Of a stretch of 64,000 bases of DNA, positions 19,809-34,800 are shown piece after piece. The notes below the pieces were generated by a model. That model worked only from the letters and a program-made list of their open reading frames with translations, had not been told where the DNA came from and ran no database searches. Source of the stretch: a virus (taxonomy: Duplodnaviria > Caudoviricetes); IMG/VR virus record IMGVR_UViG_3300032265_002598, positions 64,001-128,000 of that record; one strand, 5' to 3'. Position numbers and translations under genes: made by a program. Position 1 is the stretch's first letter. Every line of letters starts with the position of its first letter.

Positions 19809-22800
19809 ATGGCTAAAGGATTTAATTTAACAGCACAAATTAATTTACAGGGACCATCTAATATTAATGTTATTGTATCTAACATTAAAAAACAATTAGG
19901 CACCATTTCAGCTAATGTTAATTTAAAGATAGACCCAGCATCGGCTAAAACAGTTGCCAGCTTAAATTCTTCTTTAAATCAACTTAACTTAACCCTTAAA
20001 GCGACGGCATCTTCTGCAACAAATGCTGCTGATGCAGTTAGGGATTTACTATCAGCTATGAATGGTGTTGCATCTGTAAAGTTGCCCAGTCAAGCAGCAC
20101 AAGTATCTTCATCTCTTAATAATGTAGCAGCTTCTTCTGCTAGCGCCCAAAAAGCACTATCTGCTTCAAGAACAGAGATAGAAGAATTTGGTAATCAAGC
20201 TGGTTTGGCAGTAAGAAGATTTGCTGCATTCAGCACTGTAACATCAGTAATATATGGATTAACAGGAGCAATTAGAGGTGGAATATCCGATTTTATTGAT
20301 TTTGATAAACAATTAACTAGAATCGCTCAGGTTACTGGTGAAAGTAAAGACGGATTAGGTAGACTAAAAGGAACCATAACAGAATTATCTACAGGTCTTG
20401 GTGTTACAGCTAAAGACTTAGCTGGCGTATCAGTTACACTATCTCAGGCTGGTCTTACCGCTAGAGATACTGAAAAAGCATTAAGAGCATTGGCTCTTAG
20501 CGCCCTAACAGCATCATTTGATGATATGAATCAGACGGTAGAAGGTTCTATTGCTTTGATGAGACAGTTCAAGATCGGATCTAATGAATTAGAAGCGGCT
20601 CTAGGATCTATCAATGCTGTATCAGCAAAGTTTGCAGTAGAATCTAGTGATATTATTGCTGCTATTCAGCGTACTGGTGGTGTGTTTGCCGCAGCTAGTA
20701 GAGGAGTTAGTGAAGGTAAAGATGCTCTCAATGAATTTATTGCTGTCTTTACTAGCGTTAGAGCAACAACCAGAGAAAGTGCTGAAACAATTGCTACTGG
20801 TTTAAGAACTATCTTTACCAGACTCCAAAGAGGAGACACTATTGAGGCCCTTAAAGAATATGGTGTTAATCTTACAGATTTAGATGGCAAATTCGTTGGT
20901 GCTTATAAAGCTGTTCAGTTATTAGCTGAAGGTTTAGGACAGATCGACCCTAGAGACCTTAAATTCTCCAAGATTGTTGAAGAGCTTGGTGGTTTTAGAC
21001 AGATTGGTAAGGTTATTCCATTAATCCAAGAGTTCACAACGGCACAACAAGCACTACAAGTTGCTCAAGCTGGACAAGGCTCATTAGCTTCTGATGCTGC
21101 TAAAGGACAATTAGCATTAGCAGTACAAATTAGTAAAACAAAACAAGAATTTTTATCTTTGATTCGTAGTATTGGAGATACTGATAGTTTTCAAAAAATG
21201 GTTACTGTTGGTCTTAGTTTAGCTAGTGCTTTAATTAAGGTAGCCGACGCTGCTAAAGGCATTATCCCATTAATAGGATTATTTGCCGCATTCAAGGGTG
21301 CTTCAGCTATACGACAGTTTAGTGCTGGATTTGGAACTGGCTTTGGTGGAGGAGCAGCTAAACAAAATAATAGACCATTAGGTTTTGCTACCGGTGGTTT
21401 AGTTCCCGGACAAGGTAATTCTGATAGTGTATCAGCAAGACTAACTCCTGGTGAGTTTGTTGTGAGAAAAAGTGCTGTTAAAGCTATTGGCTCAAATAAT
21501 CTACATAGAATGAATAGATATACAACTGGTGGAATTGTTAATCAAATAGGTGGTGTTCCAGGAAAAACAATAGTTCAAAATAGCAAAAATCAATTAGTAG
21601 GATTTAGTCCAAAAGACACCTATTCTATATCAGATGGTTCTGAAAATCTTATTATTAAATATGATAGTAAAAAACAAAATTATAGAGCTAGAGGTAAAAT
21701 ACTTGATCCTTCTTTAGTTAATCGTCTTTTTAAAAACAATTTTCAATCTACTGTGTCTTGGGAAGAAATTGTTGCCAAAAGCTATAATGGTAGATTAGTA
21801 AATGGAAAAAATGATAAATTCCCAATAGATATTATTGCTGGAAATACTTTAATAGATGCTAAATTTAGGCCAGAAGAATCATATAAGCCTATGGATGCTT
21901 TAGGAAAAGCATTAAGTTATCGTCTATATAAAGCATCGGGAGGTAGATACAACTATGAAAATAATGGACAACAAAAACTTAAACTTAATAGTTTAGTTAG
22001 AAATACTCTTACAGAAAATCAAGATAATATTAAAGATTCTGGTCAGATAAAATTTGTTTATCCAGAATTTCAAGATATTCCCACAGACTTACCCGGAATT
22101 AAGTCTAATGTAACAAAACGACAAGCTCAATTATCTAGCAAAAGAACAAGTTCAATGCAGAGGGGGTATGCTCAAAGTTCAATTGACATATTCGGTGGAT
22201 CTACTTTCAGTGGAAATAAAACAGATATTAATACTTTAAGCCCCTACGATAAAAAAAGTAGATTGTTTGGAGGAGGATCAGTTCGTAAATTTGAAAATGC
22301 GGGCTTAGTTACTCCAACAGCAGGAACAGCAGCTAATGCTAGTGAAATATTAAAAGTACTTACTTTGCCAGGAGCAATGGCAGCTAGTGGAGCAAGTGCT
22401 GGGGATATACTGAAAATACTAAAGAAAAAAAATGTACTTACTCCAAAAGAACAAGATATCAAAAATAAAATTTTAGGAGCATATACTAAAAAAACTTCTG
22501 GTATTAGATTAGCAGAGAATGCAGATATACAGAAGGCAATTACCGAAGGTCTTTTATTTGGTGCTGCTGGATTTAAAGGTAGAGCTTTTCCTATCACACC
22601 AAGAATGGATATTCCAGGATTAAAGAATGCAGTTAAGGTTAGAATTACTAGTGGTGTTTTAGATTCAGAGATGTCTAAAAAACTATTAAAGAAAATGACA
22701 GTGGGACTTAATAGTGTCGCTAATAAAACTTCAAGAAATATCATGATTAAAGATATCTTGAAACAAACTGGTCCATTATATGCTGATTTTGATAGAACAT

Positions 22801-25800
22801 TAGCCTTCGGTGCTGATAAAATTTTAGGAGATCCAACAAAGCCAAAATATAGTGAATTCTCTGATAGAAGCAAAGTTGCTGGGGCTTTAAGAACAGCTAA
22901 TCTTAGCATTTTAGGTAAAGCTATTGCTAGTACAGTAAGAAAAACCCCAGAATTTGCTAATAACCTAAATGTAATTTCTGCTAGACCACAATCAACAATG
23001 GATTTAATAGCCGGATGGTTAGCTAGCAAGGGCATTCCAATTCCATTAAATAGAATAAAGGGTGTTGGTGGGCCACAAGTTACTCCAGAACAGATTGCTA
23101 GTTTAAAGGCTGACTTGATGAATCCAGAGGGGGCCTTTGTTGACGATGATCCTAGAAATATTGCAGAATCAGAAAGAAGAGGAATCCGATCATATCTATA
23201 TAAAAAACAAAATGTTGGACCAACAGGAAGAAAAAAGCTTGGAGAAGCAAATGCTAAGGGTTATTTAGCCGAAAGAGTAATTCATGAGCTGGGCGGTCCA
23301 ATAGCTAATAAAGCTGCGACTAACTATGGTATCGACTTCCCAGATGGTTTAAAAAGTGCCGCGAAATACTTTGGTATTCCATCAGATATTCCAACAGACG
23401 CTAAACTTACTTTAAATGGTCCTGCTGAACTGAAGAGCCAGATTGGCAATTATCTCAAGGTGAGAGGATATGCTGGTGGTGGTTCTGTTACAGCAGACTA
23501 TTATAGCTTAGAAAAAAGTAGTGGATTAAAAAGTTTTGAATTTGATAATGCTGTAAAGTTTGCTAAAACTATGAATTATAGCATGTCAGAATTTCAAACA
23601 TATCTAAAGAAACTGCAAGTAGAAAAACAGAATAAATCTGGTGTTAAGACAGATAAAGATGCTCTAAGAAAATCTTTAATATCTGGAACCCCAACTGCTA
23701 CATCTAGACAAATGTCATTAGCAGAATCACTAAAAGGTCCAGCAGATGCTGGCTATAGACCAATATTAACAGAAGCTCAAAGAGTTGCTGCTGCTCGTGC
23801 AGATGTGAGAAATGCAACAAGAGGATTTGCTTCTGGTGGACTTGTTCCCGGAGTTGGTAATCAGGATACTGTTCCTGCTAATCTCAATGTGGGTGACTTT
23901 GTTATTCGTAAAAAAGCAGTATCTACTATTGGTGCTAGTAATCTAAGTTCATTAAATAAAAGAGCTAGTGGCGGAGAAATAAGCAACACCGTCCCTGCAC
24001 TATTAACTCCTGGTGAGTTTGTTATAAATAGAAAAACTGCTAGTAGCATAGGAACAGCAACACTTAATAGATTAAACTATGCAGATAAGGCTTCTAAATT
24101 TAATAATGGTGGCCCAGTAGGAACTGTTCAAGAGTTTGCAATAGGTGGAGCTGTACAAAGACTATTCTTTGGTGGTCCAAGCTTACCAGCTAAACCCTCT
24201 AATCCTACAGAGGGTAATGTTCAAATTTCTACTACTGTTGGTGACCAGCTTAGAGGTATGGTAACCGCTTTAAATGACTTAGGAATATCTTCATCTAAAA
24301 CAGCAGAGATTATTAAAAAGGGTGGACAGATCAGTTATCAAGCTGCTATAAAAGCTTATTCTGCTGATATCCAAAAAATGAGATTAAATGGTGCATCTGC
24401 GATACAAGTTGCAGACGCAGAGAGAAAGCTTAGAGATATTAGAGCAGACGCAGCAAAGAATATCGAAACTAGAAAAAAACTCTCTGGAGTTGGTGCAGAT
24501 CAATTACAGAACATAGATACCTCAGCACAGTTTGAGAAAGAAAGATTAACAAATCAAAAGAGAAATAGTTTAAGAAAAAAAGGAATTACTGGAGAAGCAG
24601 CGGATAAAGTATTAGAAGGTAGTGCTGCTAATATTGAAAAAATAGCATATCAAAGTGCAGCAAAATCACAAGGTGTTGATCTTAAAGGTATGGGTCTAAA
24701 TGGTCAGGATATGCAAAAATATATCCAACGATCAATGATGGATGCAAAAACTTTACAGCAAATGAATGCTCAATATTTACAAACTAGAAAGAAAGATTTA
24801 GAAGCAGTAGGACATAGTGCAGCAGAAGCTCATAAAATAGCTCAAAAAGAAATCAAAGAAAGAGAAGCCATACTTAGAGATGTTGCCAAGTCTCGTGGAA
24901 TGGCAGATCCTACAGGGAAGGGATCGTCTGAAAAACTCAGCCAAAGAATGATGATGGCCGGTTTTATGCTTCCTATGATAGGTAGTGCAGCATCTAGTCT
25001 TATTAATCCTGAAAGTAGTGCAGCGAGTGCTGCAACATCTGCTGGTATTCAAGGAGTAACTAATACAGTTGGTATGGGATTAGGCACAATGAGTATGATA
25101 CCTCTTGAAAAACTAGGTAAATTTGGTGGAATACTAGGTATGGCAGCAGTTGCAGCAGCAGCTGTTGGTCAAGCTATGATAGATGCTCGTAATGCTACTA
25201 TAGAGTTTGAGAAAAAGATGGGTCAGAATAAAGCAGAAAAAGCTTTAGAAGAAGTAGGTAAAACTTTTGAAAAACTTGAAAAAGATATAAAGAATATAAA
25301 TCTTCAGAAAATTATTATAACTAAACTAGCAGAAGCTAGTACAAATATCAAAAGTAGTGTAGAAGCTGATGTTAAAAGAGCTAAAGCATATTGGACTAAT
25401 TTATTAGATGCTTATTTCGGTGGAGCAGGAACATCGCAAGGAAATAGGGAAGCAGCAGAAAGAAGTAAAATTTTAGAAAAAGGAGGAGTAGGTAAATATT
25501 TTCAAGCTACAGGTTTTGGTCAAGCTATGATGGGTAATGTTTCTGGTGCTGATGCAGCAGCTAGTGCGTCAAGATCTGCACAAATAAGAGGTTATGCTCC
25601 AGAAACAGCACAGCAAAATGCCAAAATATTTGCTGATACTGCTAGCCAAATTAATCGTCTTATAGAACAAAAATTTAAAGGCGGAGAAAGCTTAGAAAGT
25701 ATTTTAACAAGCATTACAGATGCTTCACAACCAGAATTTCAACAGTTTGCAGAAGTCTTAGCTAAATCTAATGCTGTTATAGGACAACAAATTTTGTATA

Positions 25801-28800
25801 TAGAGTCTGATATACATCTTAAAGCCGATCAGAAAAAAGCACAAATAGAAGCTATACAAGCTACCTACGCTGAAGCAGAGGCCAGAAGAATCTATGGTGT
25901 TGTTGCTAGACAAAAAGAAATAAAATCTTTAGAACAATCGACTGGCTTATTTAGTCGTAGTCTTGAAAGAATGTATCAGAATATGGAACAGTCCATAAAT
26001 AGGACTATCTTTACTTTAGACAAAATGAGTAAAGAATTAGACTTAGTAGTTTCTTCTTTTAAGGGTGAAGCTACAGTAGGCCAAGGCTCATTAGACAGTA
26101 TTAATATGCTACAGAATCCTCGTGCTTATTCTAAGAATGATAGAGAATCTGCTCGTGATCAAGCTTCTAGTTTCTTTTCTGGTAATAGAGATCTAGTTAA
26201 AGGATTATTAAATGCTGGGGATAATTTAGAACAAGTTATTATGACCACTTTAAGTAATACTTTTAGAGATAATCCAGCAGCTAACAACGAACAAATTGGT
26301 ATTGCTATAGAAAGAAATGTTAAAGATCAACTAGCTAATTTATCTTTACCATCTGATGTTGGAGATAAGCTTGCTGCTGAAGTTCAAAAGGCTTTGGGAG
26401 ATTTAAGAAAAGAAGATAATAGTAAAGTTGATTTTGCTCAGTTAGCAGAAAAAATACCTCAATTATCAAAAGTTATTGAGAGTGCAAAAAGAGCACAAGA
26501 AGTAGCAATAAAAGCATTAGAAAATTGGCAAAATGCATTAAATAACTACTCTACTAGAACTAATCAGCTTGTTGATTTGCAAGTAGACACTAATAATAGA
26601 CTGAGAAAGTCAACTCAAATTTTAGCTGATAGTCAAATAGATTTAGCAAAATCTCTTGGTCAAGAAATAGGAGTATCTGATACTAGAAGAGTAGCAGAAT
26701 CTAAAACAGGACAACTAACTGGTGGATTAATAAGTCCAAAAGATATAACTGATAATATCTTAAATCTTGAAGGAAATAGAAGAGCACAAGAAACTGGATC
26801 TAATATTGCTAGAAATAGAGGAGCTAGTGGAGTAGATGATTTTATGAATATGCAGAAGGGTCTAAAAGACACAAATACTGCATTAAGAGAAAACTATGAA
26901 GCTCTCAAAAACTTAGCAGATAATTCAGATGTAGCATCAGCTGCTTTAGGTAAAATTCAAGAAGCTCAACAAAAAAATCAGGGACGAGTTAGTTTTATCG
27001 AAAAATTAGTCACCAGTACACCAGATGAAATGGATGGTTTAGGTAAAGCACTCGGTAGACTACAAACTAATATGAATGGTCAAGTTAATACTATTCAACG
27101 ATCACAAGGAGCACAGCAGGCTTATTATGAAGCTTTACAAAATGGAGCTTCTGGCTTTGAGGCTATGAGAGCTGCTCAAACTGCATTTGCTAATGAGAGA
27201 AAAGAAACGCTAGGTGCTCTTAATGATATTATGCCTTTCTTAGGAAATAATAAACAAAGCAATAATATTAAAGCTAATGTATTAGAAGGTATGTTAAAAG
27301 AATCTGGTCAGGGTGTTTCTCCAATAATGCAACAGGTATTAACTACCCTCAGAAATCCACAAGCTGATCCAGAAACCCAAGCAGCTATGGCTCAGTATCA
27401 ACAGGCCACCAACTTACAATCAGAAGCTAATAGACAATTAGCTATGTTAAATACTAATTTAGCTGGTCAAATAGCAGACGCTTCTGCAAAAGCTTTGAAA
27501 GACGCATTAACTGGAACAGCACTAACTTTCCAAAATGCAGAATTAACAAATATTCGAGACGATGTGGCTATTATCAAGAATTTAATAGGAGCAGGAACGA
27601 CTACACCGACAACCAAAGCTTCTGGAGGTGTTATATATGCTGCTGCTGGTATGGGTATTGATTTTTCTCCAAAGGGTACTGATACTGTTCCAGCAATGTT
27701 GACCCCCGGAGAATTTGTGGTTAATAGAGCAGCTACCCAGAGAAATCTCCCACTATTACGTTCTATCAATAGTCAAAAACATAGTAGTGGTGGTCCTGTT
27801 AGATATTATGCTGGTGGTGGATATGTTAGTAGTATTATGAAGGATCAAACAGATCTTAGGGGAGAAGGACTTAAAGTAACAGATAAAAACTATTTAGATC
27901 CAGATAGTGAAGATTTTAAAAATCTAGTTAGTGATAAATCTCCAACAGTATTTAGTGGATGGAAAAACTATACTAGAAGTCAGGCATCTGGAGAAGGAAG
28001 AAAAGAAGGAGATAACATATATGCTCCTGCTCGTTGGTGGTATGGAATAGCTGGGATGGGTCCTGGAGAAATTGCTTTTAATAACAGAGGGGCTTTATTA
28101 GCGGGTGCTGCTCCAAAAATTGAAGTAACTCCTGATGGATATTTCCAATATACCGCTACTCAACCAACTACAGTAGATCCTATTAATCAAGTTCAACCTA
28201 TGGGTCTTTTGATGTCTAAGGGTGTTATAGGAACAAGACCTATTCGACAAGATCAAATAATAAAATATAAAGAGAAAATTTTAGCAATTAAAAGAAATAT
28301 GGGGGCTCAGGCTTGGGGAGATGACCCATCAGATTTTGATATAGGATCACTTGAAGATATCAATGGTGTGCAAGGGAAAAGTGGTGGGCCAGGTAAAGAG
28401 TACGATCCTAATATCAGTATTGGTAAAAATATTGGTATAATTATTTCTCCCAATAAAAATAGGCCAATAATTACTCCAGTATTTCCTTCTGAAGAAACTA
28501 CAGATATACAAAAAGTTTGGTTGGAAATGACTACAGCTGCTAGTCTTGTTCCAACAGGATATTATGGAACTATAGTTTCTCCACACGCAGTTGAGACAGG
28601 AGGGACGTTAAGAACAGACAACAGCGAAACAGTTCCGGGTGCTAATAATAGTAACGCTGGTCAAGATATTAGAGATAAGGGATTAAAAATTGATTTACTT
28701 AGTACCCCAAGAACTAGCGTTGTTCCAAACGCAGCTATGGCTACAGTAGAAGCTAATTGGGTTAGAGCAAAAGCAGATATTGATGCTAAAATTAATTCTC

Positions 28801-31800
28801 AGAGAATAAATACAACATTTTATAAGGATACTTTAGCTTCTGTTGAAGCTGATAATTTTAAATTTGTAAGAACAAAGGTTAACAATAGACTAGATCAATT
28901 ACAAAAACAACTACAAAATCTATACGAAAACCGTAGTTTGGTAGAAGATATTGGCCCATCTAAAGAGTTTCTTGATTTAGAGCCTTTAAATGCTCCAGAT
29001 CCTATTGTAGATTTGCATGTTTTATCAGCTACTAAAAATAATGAATTACGACAAAAAATAAAAGAACTTCAAGCTATTTCTCCTACTATTCGTGAAGATA
29101 AAGGTTGGAGAGGATTAAATGTTGGTACTATAGGAGCAGCATTTGGTGAAAAATGGATGGACGGTAATGCTATAGATATTCAAGATGAAATGGCAGCTGG
29201 ACCCTTAAAAGAATTTCCTTGGATTGCTAATCTTGATCCAACCATTCTTTTAGCTAATTTAGCTGCTGATATAAGAAGGAAACAAGAAGACTTAGCTAGT
29301 GGTAAAGAGTATGGATTTAATGTTAGTCAAATTACTCATTCTGTTAATGAAAAATTACCAGCACCACTAGATCAATATTCTCTAAAGCATACCGAACAAT
29401 ATTTAAAATATACTGGTCCTCTTTGGAATCCTGATGATCCTAATGCTGATCCTTCTGGTTTCTTGACAGACAATCCTCTTAAAGATTACTTTGTTGTTAA
29501 ACCCTCTCCAGCTAAAGAAGACATGTTTCAATATGCCGGAGAGGCATTTAAAAATCAAAGAAATTTTGCTAGTAAGAATAAACCATTTGATCTTTCTGAT
29601 TTAATCTCTAAATTACAGCCAGCACAAACTCAAACTATAGCAGATTATATTAAGAATCCTACTGACCCACAATTAACCACTGATCTTAAGAATATTGCTG
29701 TTGGAGTTAATCCTAGTTTAATAACAGCTAAAACTGTCGGTGTTAGTAAACCAATTGGATTAGAAGGTTTTGATTTATTTTCTCAAGAAGATAATACTCC
29801 AATTAATCTTAATATTGGTAGTTATTTAACTCATGCAATTGAAGAGTTAGCACAAGAACAAAAAAGAAAAGCTTTAGGAGTAACTGGAGAAATAGATAAT
29901 GCTAAGGGGCTTAGTATTGGTATTGCAGATACTGATAAACAAAAGGCTTCTGTTAATCTAACTCGTGGAGCATTAAATGTTTTTGGTAGATCAAAGATTC
30001 CGGGATTTGCTAATGGATGGTTAGCCAGATATATTGGTAGAATGCCAAGCATATTAGGTATGGCTAAAAATAATAATATTGTAAAATCTGGTACTTCATA
30101 TATAGCCAATGTTTTCAATGAGGCTGGTGCTTATGCTAGTAAATTATTTCAAATGGCTCGTAATCCTCAACAATATAATGCTCTCAAAGAAGCATATGTG
30201 ATGATCTCTGGGGCTACCAGCGCTTTTAATGGATTATCCAATGGAGATACAAGGTTCTTAAAACTACTACAAGACCAAGGAGACTATTCAGCTCTATTTA
30301 GATCTTTAGGAGCAAGTTCTAGTTTCCAAAAAGCAGCAAATAATGAACTAACAGCAGACTATCAAGCTCAATTGGGTCAGGAACTTAAGGGATCAAAGAT
30401 TAGAAAAGTCGGTGCTGATGGTTCACTAAGTTACGCTGATTTCAATAATTCTGTACCAAAAACTTATCAAGACTTAGTAGATACAGCACTTAATCCATAT
30501 AATGAATTTACTAGTCCTTCTATTCGTAAGGGATTGATTAATACATTAATTGCTGATATTTCTAATGGTAAAGATAGTTTAGGAATGCCATTCTTTGATA
30601 AAAGAACTTTGGACTATATTAATAATAATCTTAGAACTCTACAGTCTTGGTACGGTGGTGATGGTAATGCATGGCCCGGACAAGACTCTTTTTATGACGA
30701 AACTTTAGATGCTAAGATCAGAACTGATAGTGTTATAAATGCTCTAAATAATAATGCTGCTGGTGGATTATTAGATCAGGCTAATTTAGCTAATACACAA
30801 TTGGGTGTTGCTACTAAATTTGGTAACTTGCCAAGTGCTCAATGGTTTGAGGCCAGAAAGATTGCACAACCTCAATTTAGAGCTACTGGCGGCATGATCT
30901 ATGCTTCTGAAGGCCAGATGATTAATTTTCAGCCCCGTGGCACAGATACCGTTCCAGCAATGTTAACTCCCGGCGAATTTGTTGTCAATAGACAAGCCAC
31001 CCAAAAGAACCTCCCATTGCTACAATCTATTAATAATGGTAATCATTATTCTAAGGGTGGTCCTGTTAATTATCTATCAGATGGTGGAGAAGCTGCCCCA
31101 TTTAATGCTATAACTGGCAATAGAGTCAAAGAAAAACCAGAAGATAAAGATTCTCCACTAACTAAATATAAAATCAGCTCAGTACTTTATCCCTATGTTA
31201 GTTATCCATTTGATGAGAGAGGATATTCTCAGGATTTACCTCCAGAACTAAAAATGCTTAATACTTTAGGGGGTTATGGCGGTGGAATAGGATATACAAA
31301 TATTTTCTTTGATACTGATTTAGCTAAAAGTTTGCGGTCTATCAGAAGTAATAAAAATAATCAGTATGCAACTAGTACAGCAGTAAATAACAGTTCTGCT
31401 GAGTTTATTAAACAGTTTAAATTTAGAGATATTGATAATAATGATAAATTAACTGGCTTTGATTTTTCTAGCTTTTTATCTGATAGTGATAATATTTTAG
31501 GTTTAATAGATCCAGATTTAGGTGATGGATTTGCTCCTAAAAATCTAATAGCATGGAAAAAAGCAGAAGATAGAGTCAAGGCCAGATCATCTGCTAAGGC
31601 TGTTATTGCTAATTTAACACCAGACTTAGAAAATATTAAAGCTGTTATACAAGATCAACATCCAGTAGATGGTTCAAATAATACTAATGATCGTAATTCT
31701 TATGGGGCTCAAGGTCAAGCTGCAATAGCAATGAGGATGTTGATTTACAATGTAATAGAAACATGGAAAAAAGATTCTATAGAAAGTATAGAGGGTCTTG

Positions 31801-34800
31801 GATCAGATAATGCTCAAGTCAATTCTCAACAAGTAGCAGAAGATATCTATAAAGGTAATAAAACGCCTTTGACGAAAAAATTAGTAGATTGGTTAGATAA
31901 AAAAGAAGGAGCTAAAACTTTAGTTGAAAAAGCTAAAGAATTATTTCCTGGTAGATCCCCTGATGATGCTCCAAATGACAAATTTTTAGCATCAGATTTT
32001 GCTCAAATAGGCGATTTATTTAGAAATGCTCCTAAGTTTATTGAGGCACTATATAAAGGTGAAACTCCATTAGCTAAGGGAAAGAAACATATTTTTTCTC
32101 TATTATCTCAAGGAGCCAGAGTTAAAGGCATTGAGGCTTTAATTAAAGCAAGAACATTATTTTCCGGTTCTGACCAATCAGTACTTGGTGAAAGAACAGT
32201 TTATGCTGATCCTTCAAGAACTCCAGAGAATACTATTGGAAGAGACAAATTAGTATATAGAAACAATCCAATGGGATCGGTATTTGGAGCTGATAGAGAT
32301 CAATCTGGTTTAACTGCCGCAGAAAAAGCTAAAATAGAAGAAAGACTTAGAGAACATGATTGGGCAGGATCATTAGATAATACGGGTTCCTCTCCATCTC
32401 ACGCCATGAGAGATCCTAGGTTTACAACTACTGTTGGTAATGATCTTAATTGGGATAAAGATGGTGATGGAAGAGTATCTAAAGAAGAGTGGTTAGAAAA
32501 ATTTAGTGGCATGGATAATGGTGGAAAAAGATTATTTAGTAAATATGATCTTAATAATAATGGATTTTTAGAGCTTAAAGAATTTACTAAATTTTATAAT
32601 GAGTCCAAGGGTACTCTTGGTCCAGAAAACGATGCGGCAGCTGTAGATTTGGGAAGGTCTATTAATGAAAGACACGCAAATAGAGTAAAACCAGTTGATG
32701 CTTTGAAGGCAATGTTTGAAGATAAAAAAATAAGAGAAGCATTAACAACGAATGCTAAATATTCTATTACAGAGACTTTTATACCTAAAAATCTAAAGAA
32801 TATATCTCAAAATGAAATTGATGAACCAAAAATTCTTAAAGAATTACAGGATAAATATAGCGAATTATATCCTAAGAGAACCACAATACCTGATATATTA
32901 AACAATGAATTACCTTTACCAAAATATATAGATGATAAATTTGCAGATTTATTTGCTGATAGGGCTGAATTTGCTCCCTTAGGTGTTTTAAATAATTATC
33001 ATATAGAAGACCTTCATAAAGTTATTAGAGAACCATTTCATTTTACCAATAAAAATACTTCACGTAATTTACTATTAGAAAAGAATTTTGATTTCAATAA
33101 AGAGCCGTGGAAAGAACTGGTTAAACCATACGAAAAATCTCCCTATCAATTACCGTTTGGCTTTCAATCAGCGACCCAGTTACTCAAATCTAATGCTGAC
33201 CATTGGTTTGACACAACAATATTTCCAGAAAATAATTGGAACAATCCTAGAAGTTGGAGAGATGATAAATATAGTATTGGAGTCATCCCATACGACCCCA
33301 AATCTGTACAACAAGGTCAATGGTCAATACCTCCCGGTCAACAAGTCGGTAACTCTGTTCCACCAGGGCAACAAGCAGGAACACCAGCTAGTCAAGCTGG
33401 AACAGTACCTCCCGGTCAACCACCAACCGGGACATCGGGATCAACAGTTCCTCCTAATAAACCAGTAGAAAACAAGTTAGTTGGCTCTACTATTAGAGAC
33501 AAATACTATGATGAATTAACATATAAAGAATATTTAGCTTCTTTAATCAAAGCTGAAAAAGCTCCAGAAGCTCCAGATAAAAAGTTATTCACAACACCAG
33601 CTTTCTATACTATCGGCCCAGATGGTCAAAAAGTTCGTGATACAGCTTATGACACTAGAGAAACACAAAGAAGAATTGGCGGAGGAAAGCCAATTGATAA
33701 AGATGATATTAATCATGCCATGGTGTCAACATTAGCTAATGATATTTATAATGATTACAATAATGTTCAATCTCATTTAGGAACATTTAAGAATCCAAGA
33801 AGTGATGCTAATGTTAAAGACCAATCTTTATCTGGAATAGAATTAGGCTATGGTAATTTAGTAAATAACTTAACAAAACTTAGCACACTAACTAATCTTT
33901 CCAAGATGAAAAATAAACCCATCATGGTCGGAGAAGCTAAAAATATTCCATTTAGTATTGATGATGTTGTTGATAGACTAAGAGTAATGAGAGAGATATA
34001 TAATAATGAAATCCTATCTAAGAAGAAAGAAAAACTTGGTAAAATTAATGATTCTATTCTCGACGATTTCTTCTCGTCTACTGCAAAAATCACTGAAACC
34101 AACAATGTTCCAACTCCTGCTGATGGCAAGCCATTTAGTGGAAAAGAAGTAAGAACAAATAGAGGTATTCCAGGGCCTATAAGAATGCCTGTTAGAGGTA
34201 TGACTGGAGTAGAAACTCAATATAAAAATTCTTATAATCACTATAGACGTATTTTAGGAGAATATAATTATCATCAGATGGTGGGTAGAGGCAAAAGATA
34301 TGCTCAAGGACATAAAACAACTACTAGAGTAGCTAAAACACTATCTTCTGGTGGAATGGTATATGCTAGTAATGGAATGTTAATTCCTTATGCTCCAAAA
34401 GGAACTGATACTGTACCAGCCATGTTAACTCCAGGAGAATTTGTTGTTAACCGAGCAGCTACTCAAGCTAATTTGCCATTATTACAGAGTATTAATAAAA
34501 ATAAGGGTGGAGAAATCAGTTATTATGCTACTGGTGGAATGGCTGCTCCTGATACTGCTAGTATTTCATACGACATTAGACAACAAGAAGCTAATACTCT
34601 TAATAATCAAAAAACCTCTATGAATAGCAGTAAAACATTGAATGCTATAATAGATACACAAAAAACAACCCAAAATATACAAAGTTCCACACAACAATTT
34701 ATTCCAAGTGTTAATAGTAGCTTTTCTTCTTTGTTTGTAGAATCAAAAAATATTTCAAAAGGAGTTCAAGGAGTAAGAAGAGATATTACAAATGTTGATT

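Noticed and set aside
22244-23035. 263-aa antisense ORF and other short opposite-strand ORFs inside long genes (e.g. 944-1216, 27467-27769, 29831-30118, 43684-43989, 61668-62114)
   Set aside because: They are shadows of strongly supported genes, with no RBS or recognisable motifs.
21534-23825. Intein in the tape measure protein
   Set aside because: The insert has no Cys/Ser-start Hint block or His-Asn terminus and is bounded by GG modules instead.
33088-33468. Same-strand alternative-frame ORFs (33088-33468, 40863-41117, 54195-54479 and similar)
   Set aside because: They are nested in long coding frames with no motif or start context and are expected by chance.
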